Shown here: positions 53,152-64,000 of the stretch, piece after piece
Layout of the letters: each line of letters starts with the position of its first letter
Numbering within the stretch: position 1 is the stretch's first letter
Source of the DNA: Histomonas meleagridis 2922-C6/04-290x
Lineage: Eukaryota; Protista; Parabasalia
DNA: 64,000 nucleotides
NCBI GenBank assembly: GCA_020184695.1
Contig: JAANOX010000046.1
Coordinates: forward strand, 62,001-126,000
Reading direction: 5' to 3'
Notes under the pieces: model-generated
Seen by the model: only the letters and a program-made list of their open reading frames with translations
What the model was told of the DNA's origin: nothing
Databases searched by the model: none
Made by a program: the position numbers and the translations under genes

Positions 53152-54636
53152 ATGTTTTCTTTGTTAGTTGGATTTATTTTCGCTGCTCGAGTTACCCAAC
53201 ATTTAGGAGAACCTATTTTATCAAAATTGTGTGACGAAAATTTATTAATTTATACCAAAGAATCGTTTGTTTCAATGATAGATGATTCAACTGGTTCCAT
53301 TCAATGGCGTCAACTAATTCACCAAGTTCAAGCATTTGATGTAGTCAATGATATAGTGATAGTTGGTTCCAAACACTATTATTATATTTTAGATAAAGAA
53401 ACTGGTCTTATCTTGTATCAATATCATCATCAAGTTAGGACAGTACGAGAAATCACTAAATCGAATGACACAGTTGCGATTCGTGGGGAAGGAATTCTTC
53501 GTATATATGATATTGAAAATCTCATTTTAAGCATTGACATTCCAGAAAATAATGAGAAAGGCTTACTTCTTACCAACACTACAGTAGTTTGTGGTTCCAC
53601 TGAGTATGATTTAACCACTGGTTCCAAACTTGGATCTCGATCAATCACATACCAAACAGCCGATCTTCGATATTTACCCACAGTTATTGAGCGCTATTCC
53701 GAAGGTACACTTAAATGGCGTATTGATGAGCCACTTCAAGGTTCCACACTTCTTACTGCGATTTCCAAATCAAAAATTCTTCTCAAAAACGACACACATC
53801 TTCTTGTCTATGACATTAGCCAGCAACTTCTTGTTCTCTGCGAGCCATACATTGTTGAAAGCATTGACCAAACCACAGATGGTGTATACATTCGTACGTC
53901 CAAAGAAGTTTTGAAGCTAAATCCGAAGACATTATATCTCAGCAAATACGACGGCCGCGTTGAAGGCGGCAGCTTCGTGAACAATACAATTCGCATTAAG
54001 AACGCGCAATTTACGTTTCCATCATATTGTACACCGAAATGTAGTTGCGCATCACCGACAATTGGAAGTTTCTTAGCCACATCGCAATGCAACGAAATGA
54101 TTTCTGTTGCGATCTTTGACAAGAACGGCAAGAACAAATACTTAGTTGAGACAGAAGGTTCCATTGGCACGTGTTGGTGCAATGATAACTCCGCGTCAAT
54201 CTCATATTATAAGCCCAAGAAGAAGACTTCGTACATTAACTCGTTTTCGCTGTTGAATAATTCGCAACGCTCGTTCACTACTGAAGAACTCGTTGTAGCT
54301 GCGAATAATAACATATTAATTCTGGCCGACGGAGAAGTGATATCAATACCCGAAGCGAAGTATAACGGAAATGTGCAATTCCAACAAAGTTATACGCAAC
54401 AATTTTACGAGCCCGACTTAAGAGGAGGAAGAAGAAATGGCGCATACGAAAACGCGAGAAACATCGCAAATGGATTCGGTGTTGTGGTGGTGCAGAGCAA
54501 TGACATATACACACTGGATGACGAAATGGGTTTCCCGGCTTCAATGCACTTGCTTGTGGTCGGCGCGTTCTTGGTGCTGAGCTTGGGACTGTATTTGAAC
54601 TCTTTGTTCTCAAAGAAAAGTTCGTTTTGGAAATGA
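53152..54636 (+). CDS. Type I membrane beta-propeller protein, EMC1-like
   Basis: Signal peptide, PQQ-like motif (DDSTGSIQWRQ), C-terminal TM and short basic tail ending KKSSFWK. Confidence 0.5.
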   Translation: MFSLLVGFIFAARVTQHLGEPILSKLCDENLLIYTKESFVSMIDDSTGSIQWRQLIHQVQAFDVVNDIVIVGSKHYYYILDKETGLILYQYHHQVRTVREITKSNDTVAIRGEGILRIYDIENLILSIDIPENNEKGLLLTNTTVVCGSTEYDLTTGSKLGSRSITYQTADLRYLPTVIERYSEGTLKWRIDEPLQGSTLLTAISKSKILLKNDTHLLVYDISQQLLVLCEPYIVESIDQTTDGVYIRTSKEVLKLNPKTLYLSKYDGRVEGGSFVNNTIRIKNAQFTFPSYCTPKCSCASPTIGSFLATSQCNEMISVAIFDKNGKNKYLVETEGSIGTCWCNDNSASISYYKPKKKTSYINSFSLLNNSQRSFTTEELVVAANNNILILADGEVISIPEAKYNGNVQFQQSYTQQFYEPDLRGGRRNGAYENARNIANGFGVVVVQSNDIYTLDDEMGFPASMHLLVVGAFLVLSLGLYLNSLFSKKSSFWK

Positions 54637-55059
54637 ATAAATCCAAAAATATTATTACAAATATTCGTTTCTACATATTATATAATATATTGTATAATTG
54701 CTATAATTATATTCGATATCTGCAAGTGTGCTAAAGATGTTTTAAAGATTCTAATTTTGGTGAAAAAATGCGCATTTTGTTTGAAGAATAATTTACTGAT
54801 TTTAATGGTTGGAACCTTTGGGAAAATAAGATATGATTGATAAACACTTCCTTAATTTTTCATCAAAAGCAGGAAATATAAATCAAATTTAAAATTTCTT
54901 GAAGAAAATAGATAAAAAACATTAGCTAATGAATCCAATCGGACTCAGAGTATTTGTACTATTTCGTTTTGACAAATTTTCACTTTAATTACTGTATCAT
55001 CAATTTTTTGCTATACGATAGGCGAAAACCGTTAATTAACTGTGAGCTGTCGATAGGAA

Positions 55060-55926
55060 ATGGAAACAAGCTTCGACCAAAGCGCACCAAGGAAAAAGAA
55101 AAAGGGAAAGAAAGGCGGAAGTGGTGAAAAAAGTAGATCTAATGGGGATAACCCATGGGGATTATTTGTAACTAATTTCAAGATTAGTAATAAAGATATA
55201 ATTCCTCAAATATTAGGAAAAAAACTTGCAGAACATAATATTCAACTAAACGTGGATCTCAATTCCGAAGATTCTAGCTTCCACTACATAGGACCTCCTT
55301 CTATCACTTTTCCTGGCTATTTGATAAATACCCAAGGTCATCCAATTGATAAAATACTCAAATTTGGGAATGGGATGTTTATATTCAACCAACCAATATG
55401 GATTGTCAAAACTCCGGCTCCATATTTCCAGTTTTTTACAATATTCAATCAAATTTTCTCTGAGTCAATTACTGAAGGAATATGTGACCTTTCAGACCTA
55501 AAGCAAAAGGTTTTAAATAAGTCTAATGCAGAAGATTATCTCAAGGTTGTATCATTGAATAATCCTGATTTCGCCGAATTCACTCTCTTTTACCTCGGAT
55601 CATATGCTCGCGAGTCTTTCTTCCTTGTTCATACCCTTGTTCTCCAGAATAATGAGATCAAGTATATCAATGAACCAATGAAGAACGTCGTCAGATTTTT
55701 GCCTGCGCTTAGAGTATTAGATCTTTCAAATAACCCGATCGCAAAGCAAGCCGTTGACACAATTCCGGGCGTATTTCTCAAAACCAGCGACTGGGAAAAG
55801 AGGAAAAATAACAATGATGACGAAAACGAAAGCCAATTTCGACCAGGAAGAAGTTCACAGAGAGGAAGAAAAGGCTTTAGTAGTTCGAGGAGCCAGCGCG
55901 AAGAATGGGGAACTGAAGATGAATAA
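55060..55926 (+). CDS. Hypothetical protein with a short LRR and basic/RG-rich termini (possibly NXF1/Mex67-like)
   Basis: 288 aa; LPALRVLDLSNNPI LRR; the family assignment is tentative. Confidence 0.45.
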   Translation: METSFDQSAPRKKKKGKKGGSGEKSRSNGDNPWGLFVTNFKISNKDIIPQILGKKLAEHNIQLNVDLNSEDSSFHYIGPPSITFPGYLINTQGHPIDKILKFGNGMFIFNQPIWIVKTPAPYFQFFTIFNQIFSESITEGICDLSDLKQKVLNKSNAEDYLKVVSLNNPDFAEFTLFYLGSYARESFFLVHTLVLQNNEIKYINEPMKNVVRFLPALRVLDLSNNPIAKQAVDTIPGVFLKTSDWEKRKNNNDDENESQFRPGRSSQRGRKGFSSSRSQREEWGTEDE

Positions 55927-56481
55927 AAATGTGTAAATAAGTCTACGGTACAATGCATTGCATTTATATTAAATGTTCGAAATGAAATTAAAAATAATCT
56001 GAATTTGAAAAATCATTGAAATAAAGCAACAAGAGAATATCTTTATTGAAAATAAAAAAATAATTACATCTAAGATGAACATAAATTATATTTTTTCAAC
56101 AGCAGAAAAAATTGATTAATAGTATATGAAATATTAATAATATTAATAATTAATGAAGCATACAAAATAAAAACAAAGATTTTCTATTGGAATATTAGAT
56201 TAGTATATGGTTCTTCATATATGTTATATTTTTAGAATAGATTGAATGCAAAATATCCATCAGTCAATGATGAAAATTGTCTTAACGTTGAAAAATTTCA
56301 GGAAATGTGATGGAATCTGATACTTGATTTCATCTTTTTTAGCGTTTTCTTCCCTTCAAGTGAAGTTTTTGAATAACTTGTGGTTATAATGGAATGTTTC
56401 GATTGTTTATTTTTATGACACTGAAATTTTCTATATAATCAGAAAAATTTAACATTTAATTTCTTAATTTGACTAATTGTC

Positions 56482-59183
56482 ATGATGTTCTTTGCTTTTA
56501 TTTTCGCATTATTTAAAAATTCCTTTCAGGAATTCGATTGGAATACCCAATGGCAAAATGCAACTGGGAAACTTACAATCAAAGATCAAAATGATTTTAA
56601 GAATATATCTTCCATAAAAAATATGATAATAGAACTTGAAATTACAGGTTCTGTTAAATCAATTCCAAATGGTCAATTTGATGGAGCAGCTTTACTTAGA
56701 AGTATCAAATTAGGTATCTCTGTAGAAACAATTGAAGATAATGCTTTTAAAAACTGTAGAAACCTAACCAATGTAGAATTTGGAACTTCTTTATGTAATA
56801 TCTTGAATTGTGCATTTCAATCATGTGAATCTATCCATTCCATCACATTACCCAAAACAAATCTTACAGTTGGTCAAAATGCTTTTGATGGATGTCGTTC
56901 ATTAACATATGTAAGTATTCCTAAAGAAATTTTTTCATTAGGAGGTACTGCTTTTGGCAGCTGTTCTAATATACAGGAAGTAATTTTTGAAGAAGATGTT
57001 AAACTTTCATCAGTTCCACAGAGTTGTTTTTATGAGTGTGGGAATTTAACAAAAATTAACATTCCTTCAACAGTAACAGAAATTGGAAATCAAGCATTTT
57101 GTTTATGTATAAGTTTGAGTTCTATCACAATACCTAATACTGTTAAAGATATAGGATATCAAGCATTTCAAGGAATGCCAATATCTACATTTAATATTCC
57201 AACAGAAACAACATACATTGGGCCTAATGCTTTTACTAACTGTTCAAACTTAGTAAGTGTAACAATGAATCAAAAATTAGAATTAATTGAACAAAAATTA
57301 TTTTCGCAATGTTCATCATTAGAAACTATTACAATCCCTAATTCAGTTAAATCTATTGGACAATCTGCTTTTTGGCATTGCGTAAAATTAACAACAATTA
57401 AACTTGGAACTGGTATAACAACTATTGGTAACAATGCATTTGAATATAGTGGAATTACATCAATTCAACTTCCTTCAAGTACTAATCGAATTGGAAATTC
57501 TGCATTTGCTGACTGTAGTGCTCTCAAGACATTTACAATTGAAGGAAATACGTTGACTTCAATTGGAATTTATGCATTTTATTCTACAGCAATTACTGAA
57601 ATTACATTGCCATCATCAATTACAACATTATCAGGAAGTGCTTTTGAAAATTGTGTAGAACTAACAAAAATTAATGTTGGAAGTGTTACTACAATCAGCA
57701 ATAGTTTATTTTCAGGTTGCTCAAAGTTATCATTAATTACATTAGGAAATTCAATCACTGTTATTGAAGAATATTCCTTTGTAAACTGTTATTCGCTTAC
57801 AGAAATCACGTTACCTGATGCAGTTCAAACTATTAATAAATATGCATTTTCTTCAACTGGACTTACTACAATTAATGTTGGTAAAAACATTAAAATTATT
57901 GGAGAATATGCATTTTATCATGCTCAGAACTAATATCCATTGATTTAACTAATGTTGAAACAATAGGAAATAATGCATTCCAAAATTGTAATAAGCTTAC
58001 AACATGTACAATTGGAAATAAACTACAATTAATTGGAAATAATGCATTCCAAAATTGCAATAAGTTAACGACAATTCATATTCCAAGTACAACAACAACA
58101 ATTGGTGAGTCACCATTTGCAAATACAAATGAACTAATATCAATTAATGTTGATTCAACAAATACACATTATAGTAATTACAATAATGATGGCGTTCTTT
58201 ATGACAAAGATCAAACAGAAATTATATCATATCCAGGAGCTAAACAAGGTGAATGTTTTATACCAAATACAGTTACAACAATTAAGAAATATGCATTTCA
58301 AGGTAATCGCGGAATTTCACATTTTACAGGCGGTGTAAATATAAAAACTATCGAAGAACATGCATTTGAGAATTCTAAATTCATAAATATTACAATTCCT
58401 AATTCAGTTGAAACGATAGGCGAATCTGCATTTAGAGATTGTGATTATATGAACACACTTTATTTAGGTTCAAACATTAAAAAGATTGAGAGTTATGCGT
58501 TTTATAGTTGTGAAGCACTTCGATGTTTATTTTATTCTGGTACCCAAGAACCTGAATATGGTACTGATGTATTTAGTTTTATGAATGAAAGAGCAAATTC
58601 AACTGTTCAATGCTTAGATGATTATAAAAAAGATACATTTTGTGGTTTAAATGTTCATATCGGTTCATTAATCGATTGCATTCCGGCAACTTCAACATTT
58701 ACTTCATCAAATACATATGCTCCATCAAAACCATTTACTGCTTCAGCACCAGAAAATTGGGAACTTACAATTGTCCCAATTGGAACTTCAATAATACTTA
58801 CAAAATATTCCGAAATTGAGAGTTCTTTTATAACGAATACGAATAGCATCACATTTATTAATAGTCAACAAAGCTATATAGCTCTTAATACTCAAATTTA
58901 TGTGTATACTATGAAAGAAACACACGTAACAATTAGATTATATGATTATTCATTCGCACCAATAGAGAATCAAAATTATTATGATAATTCAAAGACCGGA
59001 ATTGGTACAACTGAAATTGTAATTATCGTTGTAACTATCATTGTGGTGCTTATTTGTGGTGCTGTTATATTATTTACATACTTTAGAAACAGGAAGAAAG
59101 CAATTGAGGTTGCTCAAAATAATAAAAAAAGTGAGGTAAAAAATCAAGACCTTGTAAATGAGGATGATGTTATCATTATATAG
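56482..59183 (+). CDS. BspA-like (TpLRR/LRR_5) surface protein with a single frameshift near 57928
   Basis: Signal peptide and many IxIPxSVxxIGxxAFxxC repeats; the first frame stops at 57933; the -1 frame continues from 57930 (LISIDLTNVETIGNNAFQNC...) to an S/T-rich region, TM helix and tail at 59183. Confidence 0.85.
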
Positions 59184-59384
59184 TTAGTAAAAATTAAATG
59201 TTTTTATTTTATAAATTTGTTAAATTTATTTTTGTTAGATTAGAAATTGGCTAATTGCGAGTTTAAAACATTTTCATTTGTAGTCAAATTGATTAATCAA
59301 TGAATACAAATTTGATTTGATTGGTTTATTAAAAGTGATATGACATTTAGGAGTACCCCAAAATACGCAAAATAAGTTTTATTA

Positions 59385-60467
59385 ATGATTTCGACGGAAC
59401 AACCCGCTCCAAAACAGGTACACATTACAAAGAAAGCATTACAGCAGCTCACTGTGAAATCTCGTGAAACAAATTTGCAATATTTACGAGATCTTGATGA
59501 TGAAAAGCCAATGTCAGAACGTTTATTATCATATTTTCTTCAACTCGAAATTATCTCAAGTACAAGCAACACCCTCAACTCATGGTCGGAACATATAAAC
59601 AAATTAATAACCAATTATTCCCAATTCCATTCTCATTATTGCAAAGATTTAAAAATCTCCGAGATAACTCCTCTTCTCGAGCCCATTATACCACGCGATT
59701 TACCACGATCTCTAGGGATTTTCGATGAATTTCAAGAAATCCTTCTTGTTCCAAAAACCTTTTTTACAGAATATGAACTTCGTTTTTATCGTATCTTTTT
59801 AATTCTATCCAAAGAATCACCCACATTTCGTTATGCTCAAGGTATGGATCGATTTTTATATTTATCTACCATCATTTCGATTCAATTTTGTCAAGAACTC
59901 AACCTTGACGTTGATGTTTGCGAATCACTTACATATTTTCTCTTTAAAGGTCTTATTAACAAAGTTTACATCGGCAATATTGCTCTCGATCAAGAACTTT
60001 CAAAAGATCTTTTCTTACGTATGGCAGTTGTTATGGTCAAATGTACTCCAATCAAAGCCGGCACACTTGCCCGTCTTCAAATTAAGCCCGAAATGTTTGC
60101 ATTGAATTACGTTTTGTTATTATTTATGGACCAGCATCCCCTAAAACAACTTCTTATCATCTGGGACCAAATTCTACTTAACGTGGAGCGTTGTGAGGCT
60201 TTTATTATTTCACTTGTTGTTGCACATATAAATCAAATTGAAATTAAATCTGCTTCACAAGCAGACGAAATGCAAAGAATCATGAAAGAAAAAGATTTCT
60301 TCTTACAAAGACTGGTGTACGAGGCGAATTTGTTTGTCGAGACTGCAGATAAATTAAAGGATGGAAAAGATTTGAGTGAAGATGAGCCATTAAATATTTG
60401 GAAGTTTGTGGTTCCAATTGTTGTGATCGTTGTTGTAGGTGTTGTACTCTTCAAATTTACTAAATAA
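59385..60467 (+). CDS. TBC-domain Rab-GAP with C-terminal membrane anchor
   Basis: IPRDLPR (IxxDxxR) and YAQGM (YxQ) fingers, LLIIWDQI; hydrophobic C-terminus. Confidence 0.8.
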   Translation: MISTEQPAPKQVHITKKALQQLTVKSRETNLQYLRDLDDEKPMSERLLSYFLQLEIISSTSNTLNSWSEHINKLITNYSQFHSHYCKDLKISEITPLLEPIIPRDLPRSLGIFDEFQEILLVPKTFFTEYELRFYRIFLILSKESPTFRYAQGMDRFLYLSTIISIQFCQELNLDVDVCESLTYFLFKGLINKVYIGNIALDQELSKDLFLRMAVVMVKCTPIKAGTLARLQIKPEMFALNYVLLLFMDQHPLKQLLIIWDQILLNVERCEAFIISLVVAHINQIEIKSASQADEMQRIMKEKDFFLQRLVYEANLFVETADKLKDGKDLSEDEPLNIWKFVVPIVVIVVVGVVLFKFTK

Positions 60468-60856
60468 ATTAAATTGGAAATTTAATAAATTTTTTTAAAT
60501 TAAATTTTAGTAATTTATATTGATGTTAAGGGTGTTTAATATGAATATGTTCTAAATTACGTTTTGCAAATGTTTTTTTCAAAGTCTTTGTGTTCATAAA
60601 TATAAACTAATAATTTTTGTATTATATATTCCATTTTTCAAATTATTTGATAAATTGTCAATTAATTATAATTATAATTATTATAATTATATGTAATGAT
60701 GCTAATTTCGCCATTTCTCCGTAAATTAGTCGAAAGCACCGTTTCTAGCTTTATTTCTAAAATGTTTTTTGAGAACGATATTAACATATGAGCTGATTGA
60801 GTGATATTTATTCGTCCATTCATTCAAATTTGACTTCGAACCGCTGGAACATGTTC

Positions 60857-61020
60857 AAGCATTATCATCGATTCGATTTAAATCAAGAAGTAATTTAACT
60901 ATATCTACATAACATTTTTCGGATGCAATAATAAGAGCTTTTTTAAATATTTACGTTATTATCAAACATCATTCTGAAATACGTAATTATTTAATTAAAT
61001 ATTGTATATAATGAATAACT
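60857..61020 (-). pseudogene. Orphan spacer plus terminal ankyrin module of the same family as loci 1-4
   Basis: Minus strand: spacer-like ...AATAATTACGTATTTCAGAATGATGTTTG...AAATATTT, then KKALIIASEKCYVDIVKLLLDLNRIDDNA*; no N-terminal ORF. Confidence 0.7.
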
Positions 61021-61051
61021 ATTTCACAAAATAATTGAGCACGTTTAAAAA

Positions 61052-61468
61052 ATGGATGATGATAAAATCTCAACAATTTCACCAAATTTAATAACTCCTT
61101 CAACAAGATGGACTCCTCACACGTTTTTTGGTTCCAAAAAGAGAGATAATTTTTTTCTTGGGAATTTATCAAAACCATTAGATCCTATAACATTAAATGT
61201 TAATGACATTCACCTAAAATGGACTGATGGAACATGGTTTAGAATGGGGAAGAGCCATTGCCCTGAAGACAAAAAGCTCACAAAAGTCCAAAAAAGAAAT
61301 ATTAAAGAAGAAAATCTTAATCTATCAACCCAAATAGAAATTCTTTTGGATATAAATACAAATTATGAGTTGAAGAAAGCACACCTAGCCGAAAAGCTAA
61401 GTGATTTGGAAAATCAAATTCGTTCATTTCCTGGATTGAACTTCAGTTCTTTGGATAGCTCATATTGA
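61052..61468 (+). CDS. Chibby-like coiled-coil protein
   Basis: LKWTDGTW motif followed by KEENLNLSTQIEILLDI, similar to Chibby FENGQW...EEENNLLRLKVDILLDM. Confidence 0.5.
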   Translation: MDDDKISTISPNLITPSTRWTPHTFFGSKKRDNFFLGNLSKPLDPITLNVNDIHLKWTDGTWFRMGKSHCPEDKKLTKVQKRNIKEENLNLSTQIEILLDINTNYELKKAHLAEKLSDLENQIRSFPGLNFSSLDSSY

Positions 61469-61610
61469 GCAAAAGTTTTCTGTAATTTAAATAATATCTT
61501 CGATATGTCTATTTGAATCATTAAAAAAAGAAAAATTTTTGTTGATTGATGTACATCTTGATACATATTTTTTATTAAAAAGTTGCAAAACCCTTACTTA
61601 CAAGGGCTTG

Positions 61611-62162
61611 TCACTGAAGTTGACATTTGGTTTCTTTTTCCTTTTTATGGTTTTGTAAAGCTGATCGAGCGATTTCACAAAAAAGATTTCCAACTTTGAT
61701 GTCATCCTTTGCTGAACATTGGAGATAACAATCAAATTTTTGGTCAATGACAAGTTGCATAGCATCTTCATCTGAAATACAATTCGGATCATGTTGATAT
61801 AAATCAAATTTTGTGCCAATAAGAAACACTGTGGCTTTTGGAGCATAGAGTTTGATGTGATGAATATGTTTTTTGGTTAAACTTTGAAAAGATTCTAGAT
61901 TATTAAGTGCGAAACAAAGGAAAATAATATTAGCTCCATGATAACAAATAGGACAAAGCCTATCAAATTCATCACCATTAACAGTATCACAAAAATGAGC
62001 CTTAAAATTTCTTTTGTTGATCGTAAATTCTTGGCAATAGCCTTCAAAAATAATTGGAATGTATCTATTTGGAAATGGTTTCCCATTCATTACCATCAAC
62101 AAACTCGTTTTTCCAACTCCATTGTCTCCAACAACGGTGACTTTTAGATCAATGAAATCCAA
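61611..62162 (-). CDS. Atypical Rho-family GTPase without an in-frame ATG start
   Basis: GDNGVGKT, LIGTKFD, CSAK, CaaX CQLQ; begins at TTG with an in-frame TAA 6 codons upstream. Confidence 0.75.
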   Translation of the reverse strand: MDFIDLKVTVVGDNGVGKTSLLMVMNGKPFPNRYIPIIFEGYCQEFTINKRNFKAHFCDTVNGDEFDRLCPICYHGANIIFLCFALNNLESFQSLTKKHIHHIKLYAPKATVFLIGTKFDLYQHDPNCISDEDAMQLVIDQKFDCYLQCSAKDDIKVGNLFCEIARSALQNHKKEKETKCQLQ

Positions 62163-63425
62163 ACTAAGTGCTTTTTTTTAAATAAAGCACTCGAAAAGTT
62201 GCTCAAACCTACAAATTCGATTAATTTCAATTCAAATGCAAAAACGATATGAAATCCTTTTTTTTTAAAAAAAGCTTCCAGGTACGATCAAAATCAACTT
62301 TTTCAATAAATTCGAAAAAACATGTTTTTGTTTTTCATATATCTCCATGTATATAATAAAATTTAAAATTTCTTGTTGACCCAGAAAATAATACTACATG
62401 GACTTTAAGTTTATCATGTTGTTTCCGAAAAAAAAAAGGAAAAATAAATTAATACAAAATTAATCAATATAATATATAAATCAAATTATTATAATTTTTT
62501 GATACACGCATCATATGGCATTATGTTTTATAGTGTTAGAAATCAAATAAATTAAAACAAAATCAAGAAATCTACAAAACAAAATGAAAAAAATTAAGTA
62601 AGTCTGTTCAAAGTCAAAATATTCCGGAATATTGAGTGGTTTATAATATTATCAAAAGATTATGACAAAATAAACAAAAAAAGGTTAATAATTATGTTTC
62701 ATTTTGAGACTTGAATTTTTGATTGATGCTTTTGGTTTTTGGCTTCTTGCAATAAATGAGAAAGTGATAGGGCGCTCCAGTTTAAAGTCTTACGCCTTCA
62801 ACCTTTATTTATTCACAAATTAATCAGTTCAATCAAAGATCGTGTGGCAATATTATTTTAATTTTCGCATTGCTAATTGACCACAACAAATGTAATTGCA
62901 TCAATATTCACATTATTACAAACTTCGCTTTACTGAGTTTTAATTTAAAAATGTATGCATATAAAAATACATATGTAGATATGATTTGCTTTCGAACATT
63001 TGTGTTGAAAAAAATCTTTTGAAAAGAGGCAAAATAAAAAAGGTATTATTTTTATTCTTCTTATCTTTATTTATTTAGAAGAAATTTGTTTAAACAAATT
63101 TCAAACCACATAAAATAACAAACAATTTTATACAACACCGTATTTTCCTTGCCATTCCACATACATTTTTTGACCGTAAGCTTCACTTGCCTTAGTTCTT
63201 TCGATTGCTACTTCTTGACAATCCAAGTTGATGTCAATTCCAGAGAACATTAGAATCGATATCATTTTTAGTTATATCAATTGTTAATAATTTTTGAACA
63301 TGTAAACTCGTGCATTAAAATCGAGTGGTGGGAAATCAACCAACAAAAATTTATGAATTCCCAATTCGAATAATTAATAAACCATTCAAAAAAGGTGTAA
63401 TTGCCGATGTGTTATCGTTTTCTCA

Positions 63426-64000
63426 ATGTCTGGTGACTTCGTTTTCATCGATTATGATTCCGATTCTGATATCCCAATCATTGAAGGAACAAGTCTTCGT
63501 AGGATATTACAAGAATGGAAAGGTATTAAAATTGGATTAAGTCATAATCATGATAAAACAGATTCTTTATGGGAAAATCTTGTCCCACTTTTCAATAATT
63601 TAACAATAAAAGACAAAAATGAAGCCAACCAATTTATTGATATTTTCCTCAAAGACATCAATACTATGCTTCAAAATCCTGAATTAAAAAAAATCACAAA
63701 TGAAATTTTCTTGTTATTACATGATTTTTTGGTACCACTATCAGTACCACTTGGTTCCTATAGTCCTAATGTTATTATTCCTATTATGGAGTCTATTCAT
63801 AACATCGATTTTACAGATAAGTGCAGTTTTTTAAATGAATTTCTTGAACCATTAAGTGCAGATGAAATTGAAGATGTCAGTGGTCGTCGACCATTTCTTG
63901 ATGTTCTTCTTGATTCATTTCCGATGCAAACACCAATTTCCACTACGTCTCGACTTCTTATCCATTCCATTCTTACCTCTTCACGTGATTCAGCCGATTA
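63426..64000 (+). CDS. Hypothetical protein, open to the window end (not in the ORF track)
   Basis: ATG 63426, MSGDFVFIDYDSDSDIPIIEGTSLRRILQEWKG..., no stop before 64000. Confidence 0.7.
   Translation, partial: MSGDFVFIDYDSDSDIPIIEGTSLRRILQEWKGIKIGLSHNHDKTDSLWENLVPLFNNLTIKDKNEANQFIDIFLKDINTMLQNPELKKITNEIFLLLHDFLVPLSVPLGSYSPNVIIPIMESIHNIDFTDKCSFLNEFLEPLSADEIEDVSGRRPFLDVLLDSFPMQTPISTTSRLLIHSILTSSRDSAD

Noticed and set aside
63325-63540. 71-aa GTG-start ORF
   Set aside because: It overlaps the better, longer ATG ORF starting at 63426 in another frame.

Overview
Very AT-rich, gene-dense, almost intron-free eukaryotic DNA, most consistent with a parabasalid (trichomonad-type) genome; the species cannot be determined from the sequence alone. 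The assignment rests on a mitochondrial-type (hydrogenosomal) Hsp70 with a presequence, a BspA/TpLRR surface protein, DUF3447-type ankyrin genes and M3/M5-like promoter motifs upstream of RPS8. Ordinary genes include RPS8, DNAL1/LC1, WDR46/UTP7, a LysM-TLDc protein, a BRCT protein, importin-like HEAT/ARM proteins, a neurofibromin-like RasGAP, a TBC RabGAP and a Rho GTPase; there is also a decayed pogo-like transposon. The standout feature is four ankyrin loci (458-2500 +; 11519-14766 -; 37340-39364 -; 42545-45665 -). In each, the called ORF stops early but the gene continues as an array with a near-exact 170-nt period: a 93-nt stop-free ankyrin module plus a conserved ~77-nt AT-rich spacer that breaks the frame, often carries stops and has no usable GT-AG or parabasalid branch-point signal. 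The arrays end in in-register terminal segments with their own stop, modules beyond that stop are decayed, and modules are shared between loci. This suggests, by inference only, that the spacers are removed or skipped by non-canonical splicing or translational bypass to give a diversified DARPin-like repertoire. Two candidate structured ncRNA or foldback elements are also reported.
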